DNA of 64,000 nucleotides from Basidiobolus meristosporus CBS 931.73 (GCA_002104905.1 MCFE01000466.1:6334-70333); one strand, 5' to 3'. Shown: positions 46,462-58,794, counted from the first letter of the stretch. Numbers and translations: made by a program. Notes: generated by a model from the sequence alone, not told the origin.

Positions 46462-48983
46462 ATGAACCGGCATAGACGTAAACCTTTCAGCGCTAAGCAG
46501 AAAAAAAACCAGCTACAAGAGAAGAGAGCTCGAAAACGTGACCAAGGGAATTCTGATGACGGTACGTCCATACAATAAAAAGAATCTCTGGTTTGGCCAA
46601 GAGCCAGCTTACTGACTGCTCGCATTTGCTCAAAGAGCCAGAAAGAGACCACGCAAACAATGAGCACCAGAGCGTAGAGGAACTCGAAAAAAAACTGTCT
46701 ACCCAGCCCAAGTCTTCGCGTTCTAAGGAGCCCACCTCCAGCAGGTTACTGAGCGTTTCGTCTTTGTCTTTGCGATATACTATCACATACCAACCTATTT
46801 TCCACAACGACAGACTTCGCTCCGTATTTGAAAAAATGACCCCAGCCCAGATAAAAATCAATAAGGAGTTGTCTATGCAGCCACTTGTCCGACTCCCCAA
46901 GGTACACTCCTTCCATCTAAGCCTGATTCTGTAGAAAGTAACACAAGTGGGGCTCTAGGAAGCTTTAGAGGTATCCCTTGAAGAAACCTACCCGAAAATC
47001 TTGGACTTCCCAAAGAGACCCTCCTGGAGCTATCAAATGTCGAAAAACGCACTGGAGACACGTGAGAAAGAGTATTTCGAAGAGTGGTTGGAGAAAATAT
47101 ACTCGGAATTTCCGGTGGACCAGCTTAGCTTCTTTGAGCATAACTTGGAAGTCTGGCGGCAGCTGTAAAGTTTCGGTCATAGCCAGTTTATCCATTCGAT
47201 GACGTGCCTAACATTGGTCAAAAATAGTTGGAGAGTGGTGGAAATCAGCGATATTATTCTTATTGTGGTCGACTCCCGCCATCCGATTCTTCACTTCCCG
47301 CCAGCGCTATACCGCTATGTTGTAGACGAGCTTAAACGCAGCTTGGTTCTTGTATTTAACAAGGTATCGAGTTGAAGCATGTGATGTGAGGTGCAACTGG
47401 CTAATTTGTTTGTAAGGTTGATCTGATCAATGAGGTTACTCTTGATGCCTGGAAGGAGTATTTCCAACAAAAGTTCCCCGATCTTCACGTGGCTTCGTTT
47501 AGTAGCTACAAGCGAGAAGAAGACCTTGACGATGTCAATCAGAGTAATTGCGGTTTCTTTGGCCTTTCGCGATTTCAATATTCACCATCTTGTAGAGGTC
47601 AAAAAGCGCAAGGCGGTGAAGCGCAAGTTCCGCGCACTGGGTATCAAGGATGTGCTGAAAGCTTGTCGCACAGTGAGTATCACCAAGAAAAACATCGAGA
47701 TCAATTGGGATGAAATTATCCGGCAATACGATGAAGAGACGCTGGATGAGAATGAGGATGAAAACGATGAAAGCACTGAAAGTGATGAAGACACGGATGA
47801 AGAGATTGAGCGGTTGGGTATAGCGCCGGGTTGTGTATATATTTAACAATTCTCATGGTGATTAACCAACCTTCTGCTAGCTGAAAACACCGATAATGTC
47901 ACCATCAGCGAGCAAGAGACCGCCCCCAACAGCGACTATATCACCCTTGGATTGATTGGTATTTTCCCCGAATTTCTGGCTTCACAGGATTATGGTTCTG
48001 AAGGTGAAATTAATTCGATGCGCAGGCCATCCGAACGTTGGGAAAAGCACCCTGATCAACGGAATCATGGGTCGTACCGTGGTCAGCACTAGCAGAACTC
48101 CAGGTAACTGGCTCTTTCTGATGGCACTGCAGCTGCATGTTTGACACAATCCCATCAGGTCATACGAAGCATTTCCAAACGATCCATCTAACCAAGAATA
48201 TACGGCTTTGCGATTGCCCTGGTCTTGTATTCCCGAGTTTACTACCAAAGCCACTGCAGGCACGTGGAGTATCATCTATTTCTACTGTGTGTTCATTGGC
48301 TAATTTATTGGACAGATTCTAAGCGGAATGTACAGTATTGCTCAAGTCCAAGAACCATATACCGCTATCCAGTATTTGGTAAGTCTCGTGTGGATGGATC
48401 TTGTTGACTTCCCGAATATTGATTATCTACCATTTCCAATGGCTTCCTGGGTATCAGGCCGAACGAATCCCAATCGAATATATACTTTCCCTTAAGCATC
48501 CTGATGATGAAGAATCCGAGTGGTCGGCATGGGAAATGTGCGAAGGTAGGGGTTGGCTTTAGCTAGAGCCCTTCAATTCAGCTAAGCTCACCATTCCTAC
48601 AGCGTTTGCCTTACAAAGAGGGTTCCTGACTTCCAGAGCCGCTCGACCTGATGTCTATCGAGCAGGTAATCCTTTTTGAGCATACAGTTTCCCTTGCCCC
48701 ACACTTATCTTCTTGAGTAGCCAACACTCTGTTACGCTTTGCCAACGACGGTCGATTGATTCTATCGTTCAAACCACCTGGGTTTTTCTCTTCTGAGAGA
48801 TACAAGATGGCTCAGAGCCAATCGTCCAAGGATTCGGGACAAATTCAACCCGGATCTCGTCATGATGAGAGTGGCAACACCGATGACGATGAAGATGACG
48901 ATAATGATGATGCCATGGAGTCACCCAAGTATAGGGTAGGTGGGTTGTTTGGCTTACTGGGCCAAATTGATGAGAATGAATGA
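46462..48983 (+). CDS. GNL1: Guanine nucleotide-binding protein-like 1 (circularly permuted GTPase), multi-exon
   Basis: N-terminus RRKPFSAKQKKNQLQEKRARK; WRVVEISDIILIVVDSRHP; GHPNVGKSTLING..VVSTSRTPGHTKHFQTI..LCDCPGLVFPS; acidic insert and tail. Confidence 0.88.
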
Positions 48984-49628
48984 AATAAAATGAGTTTCCA
49001 TTCACTGTTCAATTCCCTAATATCACTACATTTCATTGAGCTGGGTGGCTTAGATGTTGTCTTACTACTACCAATCGATGATTGATATCCAAAATAGATG
49101 GTAAATCATCTGCTCAAACTACCATCCAATTGAATACAATCACCAGGTGTGACAATACGGCTGAGTGAGTATTATCTACGTTGACAATAATTTGGTCAGA
49201 GGAAGAATACGATCTTCGTCCATACATTGCGCCTTTATGCTAGCTAATGTCAAAAAAAACCCCCGCTGCAGGATTTTCGAATCCAGGACTTGATTCGGAT
49301 GCACTTCGAGCGAATGGGTGCAGTAGGAAATGGGCTTTTTAAGCGAAAGTAATCAAGTCATTGATCTGCATCTTGAACAAAATCTATCCGATTTCCAACT
49401 TCAAAATATTATGATATGAGCACCATGGATATTATAGTATAATAATTGTAGATTGCTATGATACTTGAATATTGTTACAACCCAATAGGGCAACCAATCA
49501 GAACAGATATCCAAATAATTTCGTGAACAGCATCAATAAACCATGCAGGCTTCTCTCATTAGCGAATATAGTGAACAAGAACAAGAATTTATTGAATGTC
49601 TATCTACTTTATACACTGGTATAGCCCT

Positions 49629-50357
49629 CTAGAGGCTCGAGAACACCTTGATGGCATCCTCGGCGGTGGATCTTGCGCTTGCTGGGTTAGCTCCGGTGAC
49701 AACTCGGCCGTCAGTTTGCGTGAAGTCGGCAAATGGAGTAGGTGGTGCCACGTACTCGGCCCCAACGGCAGCCGCTCCTTCTTCGATTGTAGCCACATTG
49801 GCTGACTTGATAATGTCAAGCAGGCTCAACATCACCTCACCCTCGGTAGTGAACCCGGTGACCTTCTTGCCAGCGATGATGGATTTGCCTGTGGTGCTGT
49901 CAACGATGCCAGGGAGAATGGCTGGCCCATGGCACACGGCTGAAACAACCCCTCCACGCTTGTATATGTCCTCGGCAATATGCTGCAGGCCACGAGCCGT
50001 GGGGTAGTCCCACAAGGTCGCGTGCCCGGCAGAAGCAAAGAATAGGCCATAGTCGGCAGGGTTGAGGTCCGACGCCTTGCGAAGCTGTGAGTTCAGTTTG
50101 ACATTGAAAGGATGCTCTGGATCGTCTAGCACTTTTTGGTCATCCTCGGTGAGAAAGTCCTTCGACAAGGAGTGCTCGTCCACTCCATAAGTGCCAGTCT
50201 CGGAGGCGAAGTCGACCTCGAACCCGGCCTCGACCAGTGCTTCGTATGGATGCAACGCTTCCGTATAGAAGAGCCCAGTCTTGCTGCCATTGGCGTAGAA
50301 GGGCTCGTTATAGCTGGTGATGGCAAGTAGTGCTCTGCGTGGAAGATTGGCTGGCAT
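49629..50357 (-). CDS. HSP31: DJ-1/PfpI family glyoxalase III / Hsp31, copy 1 (242 aa)
   Basis: TGLFYTEALHP (catalytic E), ASAGHATLWDYP, AVCHGP (nucleophile C-H), VVTGANPASA; intronless. Confidence 0.93.
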   Translation of the reverse strand: MPANLPRRALLAITSYNEPFYANGSKTGLFYTEALHPYEALVEAGFEVDFASETGTYGVDEHSLSKDFLTEDDQKVLDDPEHPFNVKLNSQLRKASDLNPADYGLFFASAGHATLWDYPTARGLQHIAEDIYKRGGVVSAVCHGPAILPGIVDSTTGKSIIAGKKVTGFTTEGEVMLSLLDIIKSANVATIEEGAAAVGAEYVAPPTPFADFTQTDGRVVTGANPASARSTAEDAIKVFSSL

Positions 50358-50999
50358 TGTTGTGTTGTACTGAATACCTACCTGAACCCATTGTATCGCT
50401 TTTTTTATACTGGGTTCTTGCATTTGGATGACAAATGCTTGGAAATTTCTGGTTAATTTCCCAGATTTTCACCTGACACGTAACCCATTTGGCAATCGAG
50501 TTATCAATCCATTTATGGTCAGGGATGGTGCTGCTCTGAACGCATGCTGATAAATGGCATAAATAGCGAGTGGCAGTACGGATAAGTAGCGATCAAACAG
50601 ACGTGAGAATATGGTTGATATGACTCTTTTGTACTAACCATACTAGGTTATCTCTTCGATACGCATAAAATTCGGGGTTGAATAGCCAACATTTACACTT
50701 CCAAACAAGTGGTGATTACTCTAAATTCAGCATTGAGCGTTGTACTCAGCATCATTAAACTAAACTTACGTGTTGTCATCGAAATTGTTGTAGTAGCCAA
50801 TCGATAGGGCTGACAATGTCTGCTCAACTTGGGATACCTTCAAACCATGACATATTATTTATCTCAAATGATTATCATTAAGGGAAGGAACGGTTTTGAT
50901 TACCCTCGATTATCTTGACCTCCTCTCTGACTTGGTCCAATTAAAAACTTTGATTTGTCCAACCACGGTAAAGTATAATATATCCCGTTTCTCTAACAG

Positions 51000-51320
51000 T
51001 GTTACGTACATGAAGAGTAATGCCTTTAAAGAGTACGGAATTAGATAGCGTGTATGTTATCTCGTAGATTCGACGGGGTAGTGTAAGAATATCTCTTAAA
51101 AGACTAGGATGGTAACTAGTAGAAATATCTTCAAAATAATATTCGTTTCTACCGCTCTTCCTGCTTCTAACCAAACTTCAACTTTATTTGATTGTTTGTT
51201 CGGTATTTATACCTTATTGTGAGTCTGGTGATTTGTCTTGTTTTGCTTTTCCCTGGCTACTAAGTCGTCTTTGTATGCGTTGATGTCACTTAACATCGAG
51301 TGACTCCTTACTCTATGACA
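51000..51320. mobile_element. Solo LTR (family T1) 10 bp upstream of tRNA-Leu, 4-bp TSD ACAG
   Basis: TGTTAC...ATGACA; ACAG at 50996-50999 and 51321-51324; homologous to 56933-57247. Confidence 0.8.
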
Positions 51321-51330
51321 ACAGAAAATT

Positions 51331-51412
51331 GGTGAGATGGCCGAGTGGTCTAAGGCGCTGCGTTCAGGTCGCAGTCTCTCCGGAGGCGTGGGTTCGAACC
51401 CCACTCTCATCA
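51331..51412 (+). tRNA. tRNA-Leu(CAG)
   Basis: Acceptor GGTGAGA/TCTCATC, anticodon arm CTGCG-TTCAGGT-CGCAG, long variable arm, GGTTCGAACC T-loop. Confidence 0.96.
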
Positions 51413-51991
51413 AGAATATTTTATCAAAATATAGTGCGGTAGAGAATCAGAACATATTGCCAAATAAATTTAGTCTGAGATATATGTAGAAGATAGGCCA
51501 ATAAGTTTTTGCCATTCCATCGCATTATGTAAAGTTACAGCAAAAAACTATAATTCTATTTACATCACTATGCTTTTGTTATCAAGTGGAAGCAGAGGCT
51601 CTGATTAAAATGTTGTGATACAGACCATTATTATACTGGAAAGATGAAGTAATATAGTCTGTGCAGGATTTATTTCCTATGATGTTATTTATCTGGGGGA
51701 AGATTTATGATATCGTTGATATGCTTCACAAGCCAGATTGAGTGAATGGTAATAGTGATTACATAGCTTTTCAATTATTACTGTTGGCTATTTGAGTAGA
51801 ATACTACAAAACCATCTTTACTGCAAATTCGTCTTGTCATATGGCTTGACAGATGGTGTTGGCACATGTGTTTATTCTACACTTGTAAATTGTACCAATA
51901 ATGAATTATTGGTCAGATTGTAACCATTGATACAGATACCACAGAGGATTAAGCTTCATTTTGAATACGTGTCCAGTTCTCCAGTTGTTTG

Positions 51992-52329
51992 TGTTGGAAA
52001 ATTCTAGGGAGTATTGGAAGTGATGTGGAGAACTAAAAGAATCGCATGAGATTCACTTGTTTCATTGAGTTCATTTAAACTTTTAGGTGAACTTTGTTTA
52101 CGCGAATTGTAAGAGTGTATCAAGAAAGGTCACAGGAGGCTGTGTGCAAAGTTTGGGGACTTTTAGACAAGTTTGCGATTATTGAAAACATCCAGGCCAT
52201 CACGAATTCTGATAATTAACCAATAACTTACGAACTAAATCATAAATAAATAATTCATAACTTAGCAATAAGCTAAATAGAATCTTAAGGTATATGAATG
52301 GTTTAGGTGTAAACTGAATATTAACAACA
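51992..52329. mobile_element. Old copia-related solo LTR
   Basis: TGTTG...CAACA termini; shares TATTGGAAGTGAT and GTGCAAAGTTTGGGG with the copia LTR family of the first 25 kb. Confidence 0.5.
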
Positions 52330-53202
52330 GATTAATATAGGTGCTCAATGACCATTCGTAGGATACTTGATATACTGCATGCTGAAATAGGACTCCATGC
52401 CAAATTGGTGATAAATATTTTCCTGTCTGTTGTTGCTCAATATGTGTGAGGATGGTCAGAGTTGATCTTTTTAAGATGTAGATGATTGGTCTACACTTGG
52501 TGATCTCCATTTGTGCCAAAGGTATGTTTGACTTGTGTTACAATATTACAGTGTTGGGCTTGGTTGTGGCAGCATATTCCACAAGCATACAGTTGACATG
52601 CTCAGTATTCATGAGAATAGCCACGTATAGTAAGGACCATCGAGTTTTGTGTACTCTTTGCCAAAAACCCTTGAGCAGTTCTGACTTGGGAACTTGTTGC
52701 TTTTAAACAATATTCATAACACCTTAAATTGTAGTCGTTGCACTTGTAAAGAGATAAAAAAATAAAGTTAATTTACATTAGAAGGGAGAGGATACTTTAA
52801 TTCGTGTACAAGTCTGTCCTACTAGTGCTATTTCTGGGGATAGGCAATCACTAATGTTGTTGGCTGATGTTTCTGGATGTGAGATACAGGCCGAGGATAC
52901 CATGATGCCCTTTATGACTCCTGCTTAACTCTACATTGCTGTCGTGGTTATGTTTTCTAAGGATATGGGATGGTAAGAAGATCAATGCCACTTGAATAGT
53001 CAAAAGAACTCCTTTGTTATGTGGGTCTTCATCAGTTTATATCATGCCTCACCGCACTTTGTTCCAGGTACTCCATCTTCTATTCCAAATGATTGTCATT
53101 TGATTAGAGACTCAATTCAAAATAGACTAACTTCTGTGTAGTACTAAGCTATTATTGCAGACAGGGTTGTGGTACCAGGGCCTTTCAGCCCTTGAGCCTT
53201 CT

Positions 53203-53588
53203 TGTCACAACATGGAAGTGTTACAATATGGCGCCCGACTTCAGACCATATTAGGAACAAGCCTCAGCCCAACGATATATTATTTAGTAACAGAGCCAAA
53301 ACATGGATAGGACACTTGAGACCCAACCTTTCCTGAACCTTGAATCTTATACGAACTCTGAAGTTCCTACCTACAGAATTGCCCTGACCGCCTCAGATTC
53401 CCGAACTGTTTATTGGGATCAATTCAGGTGTTCAGGGATTCACAAGGGTCAAGAGGGTTGTTCTGGGATTCGGGGAAGGGCTGTCCTAACGGTACCTTAA
53501 GTAGGTTATTAGATACTATGTTGCTTGGCTGATACTTGATCCTAAACCGAGCTTGAGGGCTAAGCTCTTAGTGGGCGATATTGTGACA
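53203..53588. mobile_element. Solo LTR-like element (TGTCACAA...TTGTGACA)
   Basis: Perfect 8-bp inverted termini, 386 bp, ending 7 bp before the next LTR. No TSD seen. Confidence 0.55.
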
Positions 53589-53595
53589 GAAGGAG

Positions 53596-53897
53596 TGTTA
53601 CGCTCGTAGGGGGTAATACCGGTTAAGCAGTATATCTCTAGGGATTCCGGTGAGGGCAAGAGTTAATCAGGATGCAAGGGAGAAGATACTTTATTTGTGT
53701 ACAAGCCTGTGCATGGCGTGCCTTTTATACTGTGTGTGCTAAATAGGTTTCAGTGATAAATTGGTGATAGATAGGGTTTTGGTCAGAGTAACTCTATTTG
53801 GGTGCAGATCGGCATGGTTGGCCTTATATCCATAGAGATGGTTGTCCTTTGCGGAGTGCCTACCACTTATCCTACTGGTATACTTTACCCTGTAGCA
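53596..53897. mobile_element. Solo LTR (family T2) 9 bp upstream of tRNA-Arg(CCG)
   Basis: TGTTAC...GTAGCA; flanks GGAG / AGAG (4-bp TSD with one transition). The paralogous locus at 61456-61467 lacks it. Confidence 0.78.
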
Positions 53898-53906
53898 AGA
53901 GGAAAT

Positions 53907-53979
53907 GGCCCTGTAGCTCAGTGGAAAGAGTGTCTCCCTCCGGAGGAGAAAGTCGTGGGTTCGACCCCCACCTGGGTCG
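53907..53979 (+). tRNA. tRNA-Arg(CCG)
   Basis: GGCCCTG/CTGGGTC acceptor (one T-T mismatch), anticodon arm TCTCC-CTCCGGA-GGAGA, GGTTCGACC T-loop. Confidence 0.9.
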
Positions 53980-54493
53980 CAAATATTTTATATAATTAGA
54001 TTCAAGATGTATATCTGGTACAGTCGGAATCATTTCAACATCTCCGTTGTCATAAGTTGTTTACCCAGTTTCCTAGTATCTATGGGGATATATTCCAGAG
54101 AATATGGTTCCGACTGGTATTGTCATTGATTTGGGTCGAGGAAAAGTATACAACAACCCTTTGTAGTACTACTACGCTACAGTAAAAGCATGCGTCTGGT
54201 CCATATACATGGAGGAGGCTTCATTGCTATGGCACAGCACAGTACATCCCATTATTCCAACTCTCGCCAGTGGAAATGCGGTAGTCCAATGCTGCTACAG
54301 TTGGTCAGAAGTGTAGCCCGCTATTTCTTTTTGGTACTCTATGGCATTCAACAGGTTTACCATTGTCGGATGCAAGAAATCGTTCATCATGGTCGAAGCT
54401 CAAATGTATTGCAGTATTGCGAGTTAGAATTGATACTGAACAAGTACAAGAGTTTATTGAATGTCTATCTACTTTATACACTGATATAGCCCT

Positions 54494-55222
54494 CTAGAGA
54501 CTCGAGAACGCCTTGATGGCATCCTCGGCGGTGGATCTTGCGCTTGCTGGGTTAGCTCCGGTGACAACTCGGCCGTCAGTTTGCGTGAAGTCGGCAAATG
54601 GAGTAGGTGGTGCCACGTACTCGGCCCCAACAGCAGCCGCTCCTTCCTCGATTGTAGCCACATTGGCTGACTTGATAATGTCAAGTAGGCTCAACATCAC
54701 CTCACCCTCGGTAGTGAACCCGGTGACCTTCTTGCCAGCGATGATGGATTTGCCTGTGGTGCTGTCAACGATGCCAGGGAGAATGGCTGGCCCATGGCAC
54801 ACGGCTGAAACAACCCCTCCACGCTTGTATATGTCCTCGGCAATATGCTGCAGGCCACGAGCCGTAGGGTAATCCCACAGGGTCGCGTGCCCGGCAGAAG
54901 CAAAGAATAGGCCATAGTCGGCAGGGTTGAGGTCCGACGCCTTGCGAAGCTGTGAGTTCAGTTTGACATTGAAAGGATGCTCTGGATCGTCTAGCACTTT
55001 TTGGTCATCCTCGGTGAGAAAGTCTTTCGACAAGGAGTGCTCGTCCACTCCGTAAGTGCCAGTCTCGGAGGCGAAGTCGACCTCGAACCCGGCCTCGACC
55101 AGTGCTTCGTATGGGTGCAACGCTTCCGTATAGAAGAGCCCAGTCTTGCTGCCATTGGCGTAGAAGGGCTCGTTATAGCTGGTGATGGCAAGTAGTGCTC
55201 TGCGTGGAAGATTGGCTGGCAT
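54494..55222 (-). CDS. HSP31: Glyoxalase III / Hsp31, copy 2
   Basis: Identical protein except V->A near the C-terminus. Confidence 0.93.
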   Translation of the reverse strand: MPANLPRRALLAITSYNEPFYANGSKTGLFYTEALHPYEALVEAGFEVDFASETGTYGVDEHSLSKDFLTEDDQKVLDDPEHPFNVKLNSQLRKASDLNPADYGLFFASAGHATLWDYPTARGLQHIAEDIYKRGGVVSAVCHGPAILPGIVDSTTGKSIIAGKKVTGFTTEGEVMLSLLDIIKSANVATIEEGAAAVGAEYVAPPTPFADFTQTDGRVVTGANPASARSTAEDAIKAFSSL

Positions 55223-56204
55223 TGTTGTGTTGTGCTGAATACCTACCTGAACCCATTGTATCGCTTTTTTTATACTGGGTTCTTGCAGTTGGATGACAAA
55301 TGCTTGGAAATTTCTGGTTAATTTTCAAGATTTTCACCTGACGCGTAACTCGTTTGGCAATCGAGTTATCAATCCATTTATGGTCAGAACTAGAGTTGCT
55401 CTGAACGCATGCTGATAAATGGCATAAATAACGGGTAGCAGTAAGAATAAGTAGCGATTAAACAGACATGAGAATACGGATGATATGACACTTTTGTGCT
55501 AACCATATTAAGTTATCTACATCACTTCAACGGGTATTTTTATTATTCTAATCGGGAATTATGTTCCACCGTAGAATTCAGGGATAGTGAAGCCACTCTA
55601 GTGCAGTAATTTATGCTCACTAGACTATATCATTGGCCTAGTAGAAGAGAAACACAAGCTGGTAAAATGCAAAATACCTGTTGAACCCTAATGCGAGATA
55701 CCCAGATCGGGCCAGTATAAAATAAAGTTCTACTCTTTCGCAACAAATACTGCATTATTGGTCATCAATATCTATCAAAAGGTATTTCTTCTACGCACTT
55801 TCGGGTTTCTAACACTATCGAGCGCTGTTGCTAGGAATTAAGGCCTGTGTGATATTACAAGACCCTCGTTTGTTTTCAAGCTCACCACCGTTTAGTATAT
55901 GATCACTACCATACAGCTTTGGCTTTGGTTTGAACATACACTCTTGAGCCTCGCTACTCCATATATTTGCGCCAAAATTTTGTCATGAAACCCAAGTCAA
56001 TCCCGGCATCGTTTTGGTGTACCAAGACCTTCCTTCATTTTGAGCGTAGAACCTGCTTTTAGCTCACTTCTTGTTTTACTTGCAGTTACAAATTTCCATC
56101 TTTTGGCATTCATGCAGGCGAGATTATGGGCCAACATACCTATATGTGTTTCGATCACCTGCACATTCTGGTCAGGTTTAAGAGTGCATCGATGGTTTGC
56201 AACT

Positions 56205-56277
56205 GGGGCGTTGGCCTAATGGATAAGGCATCAGACTTCGGATCTGGGGATTGTGGGTTCGAGTCCCATGCGCCTCG
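56205..56277 (+). tRNA. tRNA-Arg(TCG)
   Basis: GGGGCGT/GCGCCTC acceptor, TCAGA-CTTCGGA-TCTGG anticodon arm, GGTTCGAGTC T-loop. Confidence 0.95.
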
Positions 56278-56932
56278 TGAATATTTTGTAACCTTCATGA
56301 AATACCAGTCCTGCCCTAATGCTCAGCGATAGGTTTACGAGTTTATTTTCACCTCTTTGTTTACTGATGAATGTTTATAGCGATATACATGGTAAAATGA
56401 TGGATCTCATCGATCCTCTGTCAAAAGTGTAGTTCTTGTAGAGGGTTTGAAATCATGATCTCACCGAAGATAATAACTGAACCTTTCAAAAGGGGTTTGT
56501 ATTCTCAAAGAGCTCAAAAACAGCGATAAGTTCTGGCAGACCGGGCTTTGACAAACATCCAGGCATAATTGGGATGAGGTGGTTCTCTGAAATTGTTGGA
56601 TGGTGGCAATTACTTTGTCAGAATGTTGTGCACGCTATATAATGAACGGTTAAGCACAGGCCTGACTACAGAAGCTATGCATATACAGCATTCCCAAACT
56701 AAACCTGATCCATTTAATGCAGTTACATTAGGATTTTAACGAACTCAGTATAGAGCACAAGTAAAATGTTCAAGATCACGTAGTTTGAGTTGGTCTACAA
56801 TACTTGGAATTCATATGGATTCTAGAGGTTATCAGTTTCAAAGCATAAAGCCTGGACCTTACTAAAACTTAAAGAGCAGATTGAATTGATATTTTGGTGG
56901 TTTGGAAGCTAAGCTTGAGAGTGGTTTATTTT

Positions 56933-57247
56933 TGTTACATGCTTAAAAGAATAATGTCCTTTAAAGAGAATGGAATTAGATAACATGTATGTTATCTTGT
57001 AGATTTGATGGGGTAGTGTAAGAATATCTCTTAAAAGGTTAGGATGGTGACCTGTAGAAATATATTCAAAATAATACTTGTTTCTACTGCTCTTCCTACT
57101 TCTAACTAAACTTCAACTCTATTTGATTGGTATGTATACCTTATTGTGAGTCTAGTGATTTGTCTTGTTTTGCTTTTCCCTGGCTACTAAGTCGTCTTTG
57201 TATGCGTTGATATCACTTAACATTGAGTGACTCGTTACTCTGTAATA
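56933..57247. mobile_element. Solo LTR (family T1) 17 bp upstream of tRNA-Pro
   Basis: Aligns end-to-end with 51000-51320 (TGTTAC...GTAATA); CpG-depleted; no clear TSD. Confidence 0.78.
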
Positions 57248-57264
57248 ATAACAATTTATACGGG

Positions 57265-57336
57265 GGCTCAATGGTCTAGTAGTATGATTCCTCGTTCGGG
57301 TCGAGGAGGTCCCGGGTTCAATTCCCGGTTGAGCCC
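57265..57336 (+). tRNA. tRNA-Pro(CGG)
   Basis: GGCTCAA/TTGAGCC acceptor, CCTCG-TTCGGGT-CGAGG anticodon arm, GGTTCAATTC T-loop. The D-loop has AG where GG is usual. Confidence 0.88.
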
Positions 57337-58794
57337 GTTTTGCTACACAAGTATAAGTATGCATTTATCAGCGATTTTTTTATACATGGACTTATGAAAA
57401 TTCCCCAACCCTCCCAAAATCAGTGACTTCCCACTAACAAAAACGCCTGACAAATAAGCGATGCCTTTCCCGGAAAACGTCGGATCATGTGCACATGCCA
57501 CGGTGATTAGGTATCTTACGGCCAAGTCACTGCCATGATAGCTAACATAGCTATCCAAGTGCTCTAGATGGCAAGTCAACAATTAGGAACCAACTACCAG
57601 CAACCATTCATTTGGTCTGTGGGAAATTGTGCCGAAGCGTTGACCATATCTCTATTCTCCACCAACTACAAAGATAAATAGCCAGAGAAACCGGTTCCAT
57701 GGTAGTCCGCAATGCAACCCAATCCATAGTGGAGCTACATAATAGGTGCTCTGCTGTAAGAGAGCCCCATGAACCATACTTCTGCGATATAATATGGCTT
57801 TAGGGCTACTGTTGTGCATACCCAGAAGGAGGGGAATTGATCCAAAATCCAAGTGAAAAGCCAGCATGCTTGTGAAAGATGGATGAGCTAAAAAAGAAAT
57901 CCCTCAACGGGACGGAGTTCGCAACCACAATCCTGGATCAACCCATTCTCCGCGGCCCGACATTCTTTTCACTTCACGCAGCCAACCATCATGTTGACCA
58001 AGCCACGGGATTTCTTCTTCGGTGCGGACAACTGCTTGTACCCGCCGGCGCTCGGAGTATACGATGAGGTGTGAATCAGGTTCGGCCCTTGATTCTTTTT
58101 TACCCCGAAGGAAGACAGGCCAATAATAATCCACAAGCAAAGTTCCGGAATGATCTGCAATGTACATCTATGATTACCAACGTATATTTCAAGCTGATGC
58201 TAAGCAACCTGGGCGTATTTACAGTATTTAATCGCCTTATCCACTTTAGTTTTGGGGCTGAATATTAAAGTCAACTATATATCCTCAAATCCATCTTTAA
58301 ATTAAGAGACTATGTAAGTATCAGATTCTGCATGTTGCCGCTACAGGCCATTGTTTACACAAATGCTCCCAGTCTCTCTTTTGCTGTTTCCACTATTGAG
58401 CAGTTTGTAGGTCTGAAGGCAAGCATGTGCAAGCCAGGGTTTTCTAATTAAATTTACCAGGTCATTGGACATCTATTAATAAAATTGATACGAGATTTGT
58501 CCCTACATGGTAACATTCTTAAGAACCCAATATTGCATGGAACCCCCACTTCGCTATCAGCTTCTGTATCACTGGTTTAAGAAGATTCAGGCTGGTATGA
58601 TAAATTGCCTTCGCTTGTGTCAGAGTCACTATCATTTGCCAGAGCTTCCTCATTGATATTGATATTTTGCGATGGGTCCATCGCGGGTAACCCAAATACA
58701 TTTCTAGACATTATATGAGCATTTTCTATCAAGTGAGGTTTTATTCGTATAGCATGAATATATGCCAGTCGATTGGCGGTTGCATGCTTAACGA

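Larger units (their letters stand above)
53907..56439. repeat. Direct segmental duplication with 61468-64000 (tRNA-Arg, HSP31, tRNA-Arg)
   Basis: Colinear at an offset of ~7562 bp, including intergenic DNA. The second copy runs off the window end. Confidence 0.95.

Noticed and set aside
53229-53240. TGGCGCCCGA resembling a tRNA-Lys primer-binding site
   Set aside because: The match is only ~10 nt, lies inside a putative LTR, and is not followed by gag.
51331-57336. tRNA set biased to CNG-reading anticodons (CAG, CCG, CGG)
   Set aside because: Too few genes to distinguish from chance.
57650-58200. CpG-rich stretch with several 60-90 aa ORFs
   Set aside because: No recognisable motif or consistent frame; I cannot support a gene call.
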